NCBI GenBank assembly: GCA_964582055.1
Contig: CAZOPT010000001.1
Location: 63,038-127,037 of the forward strand
DNA: 64,000 bases
Direction: 5' to 3'
Source: an uncultured Opitutales bacterium
Lineage (GTDB): Bacteria > Verrucomicrobiota > Verrucomicrobiia > Opitutales > UBA9783
In this document: positions 1 to 7,895 of the stretch, piece by piece
Numbering within the stretch: the stretch's first letter is position 1
How the letters are laid out: each line of letters begins with the position of its first letter
Program-made: the position numbers and the translations under genes
The notes under the pieces: generated by a model
Told to the model about the DNA's origin: nothing
Database searches by the model: none
Seen by the model: only the letters and a program-made list of their open reading frames with translations

Positions 1-951
1 GATGATCCAGAGTATTTGTATAATATTGCTTATCCTGGAATTACATGGGGTGGGCAACTCGAAATTATTTCGACGCATCGTGGTAGCCGAAACTTTTTTA
101 ATCAACTTGTTCAAGAAGCATCTAAAGGTGGAAATCCCAAAAAAGTTTCCCTGCATAAAGTTACTTTGACGGATGCTTTGGAACAAGGATTTTTGAAAAA
201 ATTGAAAGCTAAACTTCCACCAGAAGATCCGCGTTGTGCCATGGATGAAAGTGACTATTTTTATTTCATAAAAAATGCATGTGCGAGTGAGCAAAGTTTT
301 CGTCAAGAGTACTTGTGTCAACCGATTGATGATGCGACTGCATTTATTGAATTTAAAGAGATAGAACCTTGTTTTTATGCGCCGAATACCGTTTGGAATC
401 AATGCAATAATGGGCCTACGTTTATGGGGGTTGATATTGCTCGAACAAATGATTTAAGTGTATTTGTCGTTTTTGAAAAGCTGGATGGTGTTTACTTTAT
501 GCGTCATCTGCAATGTTTGAAAAATGCACGTTTTGATGAGCAAGAACAAGTCTTTGAGCATCTTTTTAAGATGTATTCAGTGCAGAACGTTTGTATTGAT
601 CGAACGGGTATTGGAAGCCAATTTTTCGAACGGGCACAGACAAAATTTGGGACGTATTGTATCGAAGGTGTTTCGTTTACGGCAAAACTCAAAGAAGAAT
701 TGGCTTATAAATTAAAGAGTACTTTCAATCGATATGCTTTGCGTATTCCGAGAGATGAGACGTTAATTTCTGATTTGCTTAGTGTGCAATGGGAACAGAC
801 ACATTTAACAGCTCAGCATTCTAATAATGGACATGCGGATCGATTTTGGGCAATAGCATTAGCACTTTATGCCGATCGCAAACCAGTCTCTTTACCTTTT
901 AAAACCGAGCTTTTTGAAGCTCATAAACCCTATAGACTTTATGAAAACTAA
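1..951 (+). CDS. Phage terminase large subunit, C-terminal nuclease part (5' end truncated by window edge)
   Basis: The frame is open from base 1 (DDPEYLYNIAYPG...), so the TTG at 16 is not the real start. RNaseH-like nuclease-domain acidic motifs are present (FMGVDIARTND, CIDRTGIG, NGHADRFWA). It overlaps the portal gene. Confidence 0.7.
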   Translation, partial: DDPEYLYNIAYPGITWGGQLEIISTHRGSRNFFNQLVQEASKGGNPKKVSLHKVTLTDALEQGFLKKLKAKLPPEDPRCAMDESDYFYFIKNACASEQSFRQEYLCQPIDDATAFIEFKEIEPCFYAPNTVWNQCNNGPTFMGVDIARTNDLSVFVVFEKLDGVYFMRHLQCLKNARFDEQEQVFEHLFKMYSVQNVCIDRTGIGSQFFERAQTKFGTYCIEGVSFTAKLKEELAYKLKSTFNRYALRIPRDETLISDLLSVQWEQTHLTAQHSNNGHADRFWAIALALYADRKPVSLPFKTELFEAHKPYRLYEN

Positions 952-2134
952 TACTTATTTAACGGCCTTTCGACAGGATAGCTTATCGCGGTTGCGTTGG
1001 AATCCGATTCGTTCGTTGACGCCTGCTTCATTAGCGAGGATTTTGGATGATTTTCATGCAGGCAACTTAAAACAAGCAGCACTTATTTGGGATGCTATTG
1101 AACGGCGTGATGATTTGTTACAAGGCGTTATTTCGAAGCGTAAGAAAGCCATTTCTCGGCTTCCTTGGGAAATTTTGACGCTTGATAATTCTGAAGAAGC
1201 AATGCGCCAAAAATTTTTACTGGAGCAGTTTTACAACAATCTGCAATGTGTTAATGCTTATGATGAAAATGAGCGTGGTGGTATTCCGCTGTTGATTCGA
1301 CAAATGATGGATGCCGTTGGCAAGCGTTATGCAGTTCATGAGGTTGTTTTTAAGCCATTTACGCAACACTCGAAACGGTTTTTAACAGCTGAATTTCGTT
1401 TTGTTCCACTTTTCTTCTTTGAAAACAAAGAGGGACGTTTGCAGTATATCGGTGGTGACAAGAAAATTCCGTTAAAATCGGATGAATGGCTAATTACAAC
1501 TGGTGATGGCTTAATGGAATCGTGTTCCATAGCTTATTTATTTAAGCATTTACCGTTGCGTGATTGGCTGATTTATTGCGAGCGCAATGGTATGCCAGGA
1601 GTTAAAGGGATTACAAATGCACGTCCAGGTTCCGAAGAATGGGAAATTGCGCGTGAAGCTGTTCAAAATTTTGGTGCAGAATTTCACGCATTAATGACAG
1701 CTGGAACCGATATTCAAGCGATTGATATTTCAGGCAAGGGCGAATTGCCTTATCCAAAATTGGTTGAACGTATGGATCGTGCAATGGCGGCCTTATGGCG
1801 TGGGTCCGACTTAACAACTTTGGGACAGCAATATGGCCTTGGGAGTTCGGTACAAAGTTTTGAACGGAATTTATTAGAGGAAGATGATGCGCAAATGATT
1901 TCCGATACTTTACACGAACAAATCGATCGTTGCGTTTTGAAGTATTTAGAGGGTACAGAATATCCTAAAGCTTATTTTCAGCTCAAAGCGTCTCCGAACA
2001 AAAATCTCAATAACGATTTAAACATTATTAAAACCTTGTGGGATATGGGTGTTGAGCTCAGTTTGAACGATGTTCGTGAGCATTTTGGTATTAATCCACC
2101 TGCTAACCACGAAGACTTATTGAAAAAATCATGA
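941..2134 (+). CDS. Phage portal protein, DUF935 / Mu gp29-like
   Basis: The N-terminal region (RLRWNPIRSLTPASLARILDDFHAGNLKQAALIWDAIERRDDLLQGVISKRKKAISRLPWEIL) looks like DUF935 portals. It lies directly after the terminase. The in-frame ATG at 941 (MKTNTYL) overlaps the terminase stop and is preferred over the track start at 869. Confidence 0.7.
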   Translation: MKTNTYLTAFRQDSLSRLRWNPIRSLTPASLARILDDFHAGNLKQAALIWDAIERRDDLLQGVISKRKKAISRLPWEILTLDNSEEAMRQKFLLEQFYNNLQCVNAYDENERGGIPLLIRQMMDAVGKRYAVHEVVFKPFTQHSKRFLTAEFRFVPLFFFENKEGRLQYIGGDKKIPLKSDEWLITTGDGLMESCSIAYLFKHLPLRDWLIYCERNGMPGVKGITNARPGSEEWEIAREAVQNFGAEFHALMTAGTDIQAIDISGKGELPYPKLVERMDRAMAALWRGSDLTTLGQQYGLGSSVQSFERNLLEEDDAQMISDTLHEQIDRCVLKYLEGTEYPKAYFQLKASPNKNLNNDLNIIKTLWDMGVELSLNDVREHFGINPPANHEDLLKKS

Positions 2135-2712
2135 AAACTTGGATACAATTATCACCATTTGGACAATTTTACCATCGACTTGGTAAGCAATATTTATCGC
2201 AGGAAACGTTGAAAACTTGCGTGAAAAAAACAAAAACATGGCGCTTCCGATTAGGTTTTACGAAGATTCCTATTTATATAGGTCATCCGGATGATTCCTA
2301 TTTTCAGCAATTTCCTGAACACATGAATACAACCATTTACGGCTATGTTCTACGTTTTTGCTTAAAGGATAATGGGCTTTGGATCCAAGTAGATTGGACA
2401 GATATAGGCCGGGAATTAATTGATAATGGCCGATACCGTTACGTATCTCCGCGTTGGGAGATGGAATGTGCGAATGATCACTTTGTACCTAAAAAGCTTC
2501 TTTCAGTAGGTCTTACTAATACGCCGAATTTGCCAGTGGAACCGATTTGTAAATTAAACAATTTTGAGGTTTGCCCTCAACAATCGGTTCAGAAACGTTC
2601 CGAAAAAGTAGCTATTTTAAATTTTGTTCAAAAAGTCTATCAGCGTATGAAAGCCACTGGTGAAAGTTATCCGGAAGCTTGGAATGCTGTTTTTAAAAAA
2701 AACAATATCTGA
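2131..2712 (+). CDS. Putative prohead protease/scaffold (Mu gpI-like)
   Basis: ATGA overlap with the portal stop. The N-terminus WIQLSPFGQFYHRLGK...IPIYIGHPDD resembles the Mu-like prophage I protein pattern. It occupies the position between portal and capsid. Confidence 0.4.
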   Translation: MKTWIQLSPFGQFYHRLGKQYLSQETLKTCVKKTKTWRFRLGFTKIPIYIGHPDDSYFQQFPEHMNTTIYGYVLRFCLKDNGLWIQVDWTDIGRELIDNGRYRYVSPRWEMECANDHFVPKKLLSVGLTNTPNLPVEPICKLNNFEVCPQQSVQKRSEKVAILNFVQKVYQRMKATGESYPEAWNAVFKKNNI

Positions 2713-2718
2713 TTTCTT

Positions 2719-3153
2719 ATGAAAACAACTAAAAAATTAATTATGGCCAATGCGTATAATGCAGTTGGAGTACACGAAGGAATGCTAACAAAACGTTCAA
2801 AAACAGACGATTTACAATCGTATTGTTTGGTTTGTTTTGATGGCGATGCGAATCATGTTAAGATTTGTCCTAAAACAGAAATTCCTTGGGGAGTTTCTCA
2901 GTACAGTGCGGAAGTAAAGGAAGATCTTATCTGTGTGCAACCGCTTTCTTCGTGTGCTCGAACGGCTAAAATTCGTATTTCTTCAAACGTTAAAGCAGGT
3001 CAATTGCTCTGTCTTGCAGATAATGGACATGCTCAAGCCTTGCCATCTGATGCTGGTACCTATTGTGTTATTGGCTTAGCGCTCGAAGATGGACAAAAAG
3101 ATGGATGTATTGAAGTACTTACTTCATTGCCACGTAACCTTAAAGTTAAATAA
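2719..3153 (+). CDS. Putative head decoration/cement protein (DUF2190-like)
   Basis: 144 aa, located immediately upstream of the capsid candidate. It has a Gly/Val-rich beta pattern (PWGVSQYSAEV...VKAGQLLCLADNGHAQAL...YCVIGLALEDGQKDGCIEVL) typical of DUF2190 proteins. Confidence 0.4.
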   Translation: MKTTKKLIMANAYNAVGVHEGMLTKRSKTDDLQSYCLVCFDGDANHVKICPKTEIPWGVSQYSAEVKEDLICVQPLSSCARTAKIRISSNVKAGQLLCLADNGHAQALPSDAGTYCVIGLALEDGQKDGCIEVLTSLPRNLKVK

Positions 3154-3155
3154 TT

Positions 3156-4061
3156 ATGGAAACACTTACACAAGCAAAAGAAAGTCAGTTTAATCAGAAC
3201 AATTATTCGGAGGTTTTGACACAGTTCACAAAGAATTGGACCGATACGGAAGGTATTGAGAATTTACTTAATTTTATTGCACCAAAAGTACCTGTTTCGC
3301 GTCGTTTTGAGTACAAAAAATCGGAAACAGACGAAATATTTTGTTCAGAACAAGATGATTTGCGTGCATCTGGTAGCAGTTTTAAACGCATTGAATTTTC
3401 GGGTTCTATGGTTCAAGCTAAAACCTTAAACAAAGGTTTAACGATTCGTGTAGATACCGATGATATCGTTGGGGATGATTGGCAGGAACGTTATGTGCAT
3501 ATGCTTATGAAGCGCTTGTATCGTAATGAATTAAGACGTGCGATTTCTGCGTTAAAAGCAAATGCAAATGTTGTAGAAAAAACATGGACTGCAGAAAGTC
3601 GGCCGGATATAGACATCCGAGAAACTTTGCTTTTAGCGAGTTACGAACACGGATTTTATCCCAATCGTCTGCTTTTTGGAGAACTTGCATGGTATTTGCG
3701 GCAAGATTGCTATGCGCTTCAAGGTAATGCAGGTGCTCGTATTTCAGCAGAAATGTCACGGGAGCATTTATCGGAAAAATTGCTTGTTGAAGGCATCCAG
3801 CTTCTAAAAAAGCAACATTTGGGTATTCAAGGGTATGAGTTAAATGGTAACGAGATCTTCGCTTTTTATGCTCAGAACGGTTTATTAAAGGATGAACCAT
3901 CGAATATTAAACGTTTTGTAACGCCGAGTGAAGACGGTAATCTTTTCCGTGTTTATTTAGAAGAACATACGAAGTTTACGGATATTACGGTAGAGCATTA
4001 CAGTAATATTGTTGTGACATCTAATACAAATATTACGCAATTAACTGCAAAACAAGAATAA
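3156..4061 (+). CDS. Putative major capsid protein
   Basis: 301 aa, in the canonical slot after the protease and decoration genes and before the neck genes. No motif-level proof; the call is by position and size. Confidence 0.5.
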   Translation: METLTQAKESQFNQNNYSEVLTQFTKNWTDTEGIENLLNFIAPKVPVSRRFEYKKSETDEIFCSEQDDLRASGSSFKRIEFSGSMVQAKTLNKGLTIRVDTDDIVGDDWQERYVHMLMKRLYRNELRRAISALKANANVVEKTWTAESRPDIDIRETLLLASYEHGFYPNRLLFGELAWYLRQDCYALQGNAGARISAEMSREHLSEKLLVEGIQLLKKQHLGIQGYELNGNEIFAFYAQNGLLKDEPSNIKRFVTPSEDGNLFRVYLEEHTKFTDITVEHYSNIVVTSNTNITQLTAKQE

Positions 4062-4076
4062 CCTTTATTTTCGGGA

Positions 4077-4541
4077 ATGAAAACCATTCCCGATACTTTA
4101 CATATGAATACACTTCATTGGATTTTTTTAGAAACAGACGCGATTGCAGATTATTTGGCAAATGATCAATTAACGCTTTTGTCAAATCACGGCATTCGTG
4201 AGCATCAAACACCGCTGAAAACAATTGTAAGTGACGTTTGCGCTTATATTCAAGCAAGGGTACCAGAAAAGCTACGTCCAAATCCTTTAGCACGTAATCA
4301 TCTTCCTGCTGCTTGTAAATTATGTGCTTGTCACTTGGTGATTGAAGCGCTTCAAACGCGTATTCCAGAATTGAAATTGTCAGAAGATCAAGTTCGAAAT
4401 GCCCAACAAGCACGAACAACTTTGGAACAATTTCAACAAGCTTGGCGCGAACAATTGCAAGAAAATAAAAGTGTACACAAACTAGAAGCTGTACACTTTC
4501 GACCGAAAGATACCACTTATAAAACCTTAAGAGGCTTATGA
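4077..4541 (+). CDS. Putative head-tail adaptor (DUF1320 / Mu gp36-like)
   Basis: 154 aa, first gene after the capsid candidate. The helical pattern (IADYLANDQLTLL...VSDVCAYIQARV...AACKLCACHLVIEAL) resembles DUF1320. Confidence 0.4.
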   Translation: MKTIPDTLHMNTLHWIFLETDAIADYLANDQLTLLSNHGIREHQTPLKTIVSDVCAYIQARVPEKLRPNPLARNHLPAACKLCACHLVIEALQTRIPELKLSEDQVRNAQQARTTLEQFQQAWREQLQENKSVHKLEAVHFRPKDTTYKTLRGL

Positions 4542-4981
4542 AACCTGTTTTGCAAACTATACAGAAGACGATTATCGAAAATCTTCAAAAGGATGTTATG
4601 TTTAAAAATGTTTCGTTTATCCCTGAAACTTTCGATGCTTTGGAAACGTTAACAAGTAAATCGGCTTCGCTAAAACCCTTACAACTTTACTTATCAACAC
4701 CTTTTCCCGTAGAAACCGTTTCGAATATTTCAGAATTATGTTGGGAGAAATTGTCTTTACAATGTACGCTTATACGAAAATATTTAAATGCTGAAAAAAG
4801 TTCATTTCTCGATTTTGCGGAACAAATTTGCTATTTTATTTCCAATAAAAAATTCGAGAATGATCAGTGGGAAGGGTGCTTTGTTTTAGAACCTAAAAAT
4901 CCTTGGAAATGGTTAGAAGTAGACAATGGATTGGCTCTTCAAATGCATTTCGTAAGTTCTCAATTTTCACTCCTTTTTTGA
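4538..4981 (+). CDS. Putative neck/head-completion protein (Mu gp37-like position)
   Basis: ATGA overlap with the preceding gene, 147 aa. The call is by position only. Confidence 0.3.
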   Translation: MKPVLQTIQKTIIENLQKDVMFKNVSFIPETFDALETLTSKSASLKPLQLYLSTPFPVETVSNISELCWEKLSLQCTLIRKYLNAEKSSFLDFAEQICYFISNKKFENDQWEGCFVLEPKNPWKWLEVDNGLALQMHFVSSQFSLLF

Positions 4982-4982
4982 T

Positions 4983-5381
4983 ATGAAAATTACATTAAAT
5001 GAGCATATTTTGTGTAGCGGAAGTTCGGCTAATGAAACACCTTCTCGGTTCGAAGTTAGTAGTCAAAGGAACCTGCAAATTATAAAAGCAATTCGAGCAA
5101 GATTTAGCCAAACCTGTAATCGTGGTAATCTACAAACAAAATTGGTCTTTGAAGTGGGGCGAAAGCATCGATCTCAACAAGAGGCCGCTCAACATGCTTT
5201 ATTACATGCGAGCGAATTGCAACAGGCGAATGGTGTGTTGCAGATTGATTTTGAGGATAAAGCCAATCGACGTTTTCAGCTTGAATCAGCGACTTTGTAT
5301 CGTGTTCAAACACATTATAAAGGGAATGCTTCTTATACGTTTTACGAAATTTATGGAGGAGAATTACATGCAAACCATTGA
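4983..5381 (+). CDS. Hypothetical phage structural protein (132 aa)
   Basis: Starts 1 nt after the previous stop and is co-directional within the cluster. No recognisable motif. Confidence 0.5.
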   Translation: MKITLNEHILCSGSSANETPSRFEVSSQRNLQIIKAIRARFSQTCNRGNLQTKLVFEVGRKHRSQQEAAQHALLHASELQQANGVLQIDFEDKANRRFQLESATLYRVQTHYKGNASYTFYEIYGGELHANH

Positions 5382-5490
5382 AGATAATAATGCCCTTTGG
5401 GACGCTTTATATGAGCAGATTGACAAGATTCATTCTCTGGAATGGGACCTGAAAGAATTGAAAGAACAATTAGAAAATTTAAGGCATTAA
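5368..5490 (+). CDS. 40-aa coiled-coil micro-protein (MQTIEDNNALWDALYEQIDKIHSLEWDLKELKEQLENLRH)
   Basis: An ATG at 5368 is preceded by a strong GGAGGAG Shine-Dalgarno at 5355-5361. Its stop lies 1 nt before the next gene start. It is the tail of track ORF 5122..5490, whose upstream part overlaps the 132-aa gene. Confidence 0.5.
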   Translation: MQTIEDNNALWDALYEQIDKIHSLEWDLKELKEQLENLRH

Positions 5491-5491
5491 T

Positions 5492-7186
5492 ATGACTTGG
5501 TATTTAAGTTATCAGGGTGTAAAAAAGTCATTAGCAGATTGGCATATTTATGATGTAAATCGTCGTGTATTAAATCAAGGGACTGATATGCTTTCTTTTA
5601 AAACAGAAGCCAATAATGTGTTCTTTAAGTGTGATGAAACTATCGAAGTTTTTAAAGATAAAACCCGTTGGTTTTACGGAAAGATCGTACAAATTCCTTG
5701 TCAGTTTTCGGCGAATGAAGAAAGCAAATCGTATATGGTTTCTGGCCCCAATTGGTATTTGGAACATCTTATCTTTCAGCAATCTTGGCAATATTTTAAT
5801 GGCGCTAACGATGGAGAAATGATTTCGATTCCGCGAAGTTTATGCCAATTAGGACAATCAGAGGATGGAAAGGCTATGGATGCAAAAAATTGCCTAACCA
5901 ATATTGTTTATTATTGTATCCAGCATGGAGCTCCTTTGCAATTGGGTAAAATAGAAGGTTTTAATTTTTTCTTTCCTTGCGAAACCATTAAAGATTGTAG
6001 CTGTATGGAGGTCATCCAGAAACTCCTTCGGTGGACTCCAGATGCGGTTTGTTGGTTTGATTATACGACCCCAAAACCTGCGTTTAACATTTCTCGACAA
6101 GCTTTTTTGGCGCCAATGACTTTGTCTCTTCAACATTTAAGTCAATTTTCTTTAATACCCCGTAATGATTTAAAGTTGAACGGTGTTGTTTTAAAATATG
6201 AACACTCAAATTCGAATGAAAAGGGTACTTGGAAAACAACAACCATTGATGTTTTTCCCAAAAATTGTCCCAGTGATGCAATGAATACCCTTGTTTTAAC
6301 GATTGAGTTAGAAGGAACTCATACGCATATTCAAGAACAATGGGTTCAGATACAGCCGATTCAAATCAACTCAGTTGACTGGTGGAAGCAGCATTTCCCA
6401 ACTTTACAAACAATTCCTAACGCGGATATTAAACTTGAATCGGTTCAGCGAGCGACGAAGTTGCCTAATGAGTTACTGGAAGGTGCTATTGCTCCTTGGA
6501 TGCATTGTAAAGCGCAATACGAAACCATAACTGCAAATATTAGTTATAAAACGAATAATGCGCAAGTGTCGCATCAATTGTTTGCGTTGAAGATTTGTAG
6601 TACAGATGCCGTTTCAAAAACCTATCGAAATTGTGTTTATCTTACGGAAGGTGTAAAACCTCCACAAAATTTGGCACAAGTCCTCTACGAATCGACGCAA
6701 TGTTTACTATATGAAGGTTCGGTGCAATTTGAATGTGAGGAACTGGGAATGTCTTATTTAGGTAAGAAATTAAATTTTTTACAGGGCGATAAGGCTTGGG
6801 AATCGCTTCAGGTTCCTATCCAAGAAGAACGTATGAACCTGGATTCCGGTACGATACAACTTAAATTTGGAGCTCCTAAGCATTTGGGACCAAACGATCT
6901 GATTCAATTGATGCGTGCCAATCGTTTACGTACAATTTCTAATGATCCTAATATGCGTTTTGCCCAAAAAGCTTCAGGACAATCACGTACCTATTTCCCA
7001 CATTTAACGCCTATTATTAATTCAAGCTGTAATCAAGGAACGTATTCACAATTAATTTTAAAAAGTGCCAATAAAACCGTTTCTATTGATGCTGCTAGCT
7101 TACCACCCAACACGCAAATGTCTTTAAAGCCGTTTGATGTTGTCGAATCTGGCGTGCTTAAGAAAATTTGGCTGCTTTCTTCCTAA
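5492..7186 (+). CDS. Hypothetical 564-aa phage protein with weak gpD/VgrG-like hub motif near the N-terminus
   Basis: Residues 60-97 (WFYGKIVQIPCQFSANEESKSYMVSGPNWYLEHLIFQ) echo the F-x-G-x-V...Y...P-x-W-x-L...IFQ pattern of Phage_GPD/VgrG hub proteins. The rest is unrecognised. Confidence 0.35.
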   Translation: MTWYLSYQGVKKSLADWHIYDVNRRVLNQGTDMLSFKTEANNVFFKCDETIEVFKDKTRWFYGKIVQIPCQFSANEESKSYMVSGPNWYLEHLIFQQSWQYFNGANDGEMISIPRSLCQLGQSEDGKAMDAKNCLTNIVYYCIQHGAPLQLGKIEGFNFFFPCETIKDCSCMEVIQKLLRWTPDAVCWFDYTTPKPAFNISRQAFLAPMTLSLQHLSQFSLIPRNDLKLNGVVLKYEHSNSNEKGTWKTTTIDVFPKNCPSDAMNTLVLTIELEGTHTHIQEQWVQIQPIQINSVDWWKQHFPTLQTIPNADIKLESVQRATKLPNELLEGAIAPWMHCKAQYETITANISYKTNNAQVSHQLFALKICSTDAVSKTYRNCVYLTEGVKPPQNLAQVLYESTQCLLYEGSVQFECEELGMSYLGKKLNFLQGDKAWESLQVPIQEERMNLDSGTIQLKFGAPKHLGPNDLIQLMRANRLRTISNDPNMRFAQKASGQSRTYFPHLTPIINSSCNQGTYSQLILKSANKTVSIDAASLPPNTQMSLKPFDVVESGVLKKIWLLSS

Positions 7187-7204
7187 AACTTAATCTTTTT
7201 ATTT

Positions 7205-7873
7205 ATGCCTACAATAAAACCTTTTAGAACCTTTGTTTCACCTTATGGTGTTACAACAAGACGCTTTGTTTATCCTCATCTTGAGAATAAAAAATGCGAT
7301 ATCATTACACATTTGGATGTTCCAACGATTGTGCGTTGTTATTGGCTCCTCGCAAAGCTTACGATTAACTACCATTATCAAATTAATGATTTCCCCATCC
7401 AAAATACAATAACTTTAGATGCAACTCGGTTTACGCTTTTAGAACGAATTGCTTTTAAAGATTATGGTTTGTATACGGAATTTTCAGACGATGAATTGGA
7501 AATTACGACCGAATGCCATTTTTATCCTGCGCAAGTATTTACTACGAAAAGTTCTTTGGATTGGACGAAAAGTATTGCTTTAAATACTTCATTAACCGAA
7601 AAATCACCGCTTTTATGGTGTCCGATAGAGCGTAATCTTACTGAAATATTAAGCTTATATTTGAATTTTAAGGAAGCTGCCAATAATGATGATTTTGTCC
7701 TAACTACAAGTGATTGGCTGGATGAACGCCACAATAATCCTTTGTTAGATTCTTATACAGCCTCTTTCCTTAATTATTCAGTTACTTTTCGCTTACGAAC
7801 ACCTTATCCTAAGGAAATTGATGGCAAAATCCATAAGATCGAAATCCTTCCCGAATTTTTTACGGTAGAGTAG
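7205..7873 (+). CDS. Hypothetical 222-aa protein, last gene of the phage-like cluster
   Basis: Intact ORF, co-directional with the cluster. No recognisable motif. Confidence 0.5.
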   Translation: MPTIKPFRTFVSPYGVTTRRFVYPHLENKKCDIITHLDVPTIVRCYWLLAKLTINYHYQINDFPIQNTITLDATRFTLLERIAFKDYGLYTEFSDDELEITTECHFYPAQVFTTKSSLDWTKSIALNTSLTEKSPLLWCPIERNLTEILSLYLNFKEAANNDDFVLTTSDWLDERHNNPLLDSYTASFLNYSVTFRLRTPYPKEIDGKIHKIEILPEFFTVE

Positions 7874-7895
7874 GGTGTGTTAATGGAAAATTTTA

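Larger units (their letters stand above)
1..7873 (+). mobile_element. Phage-derived structural/packaging gene cluster (prophage fragment, satellite or GTA-like locus); left boundary lies outside the window
   Basis: Eleven co-directional ORFs with start/stop overlaps (941/951, 2131/2134, 4538/4541, 5368/5381). Order is terminase-portal-protease-decoration-capsid-neck. It ends 22 bp from the convergent prs stop. No integrase or att site is visible. Confidence 0.6.

Noticed and set aside
869-940. Longer N-terminus of the portal ORF (track start 869)
   Set aside because: It would overlap the terminase by 83 nt. The in-frame ATG at 941 gives the usual short stop/start overlap, and the DUF935-like sequence begins after it.
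5122-5367. Upstream part of the 122-aa ORF 5122..5490
   Set aside because: It lies entirely inside the 132-aa gene (4983..5381) in another frame. Only the last 40 codons have an SD and their own ATG.
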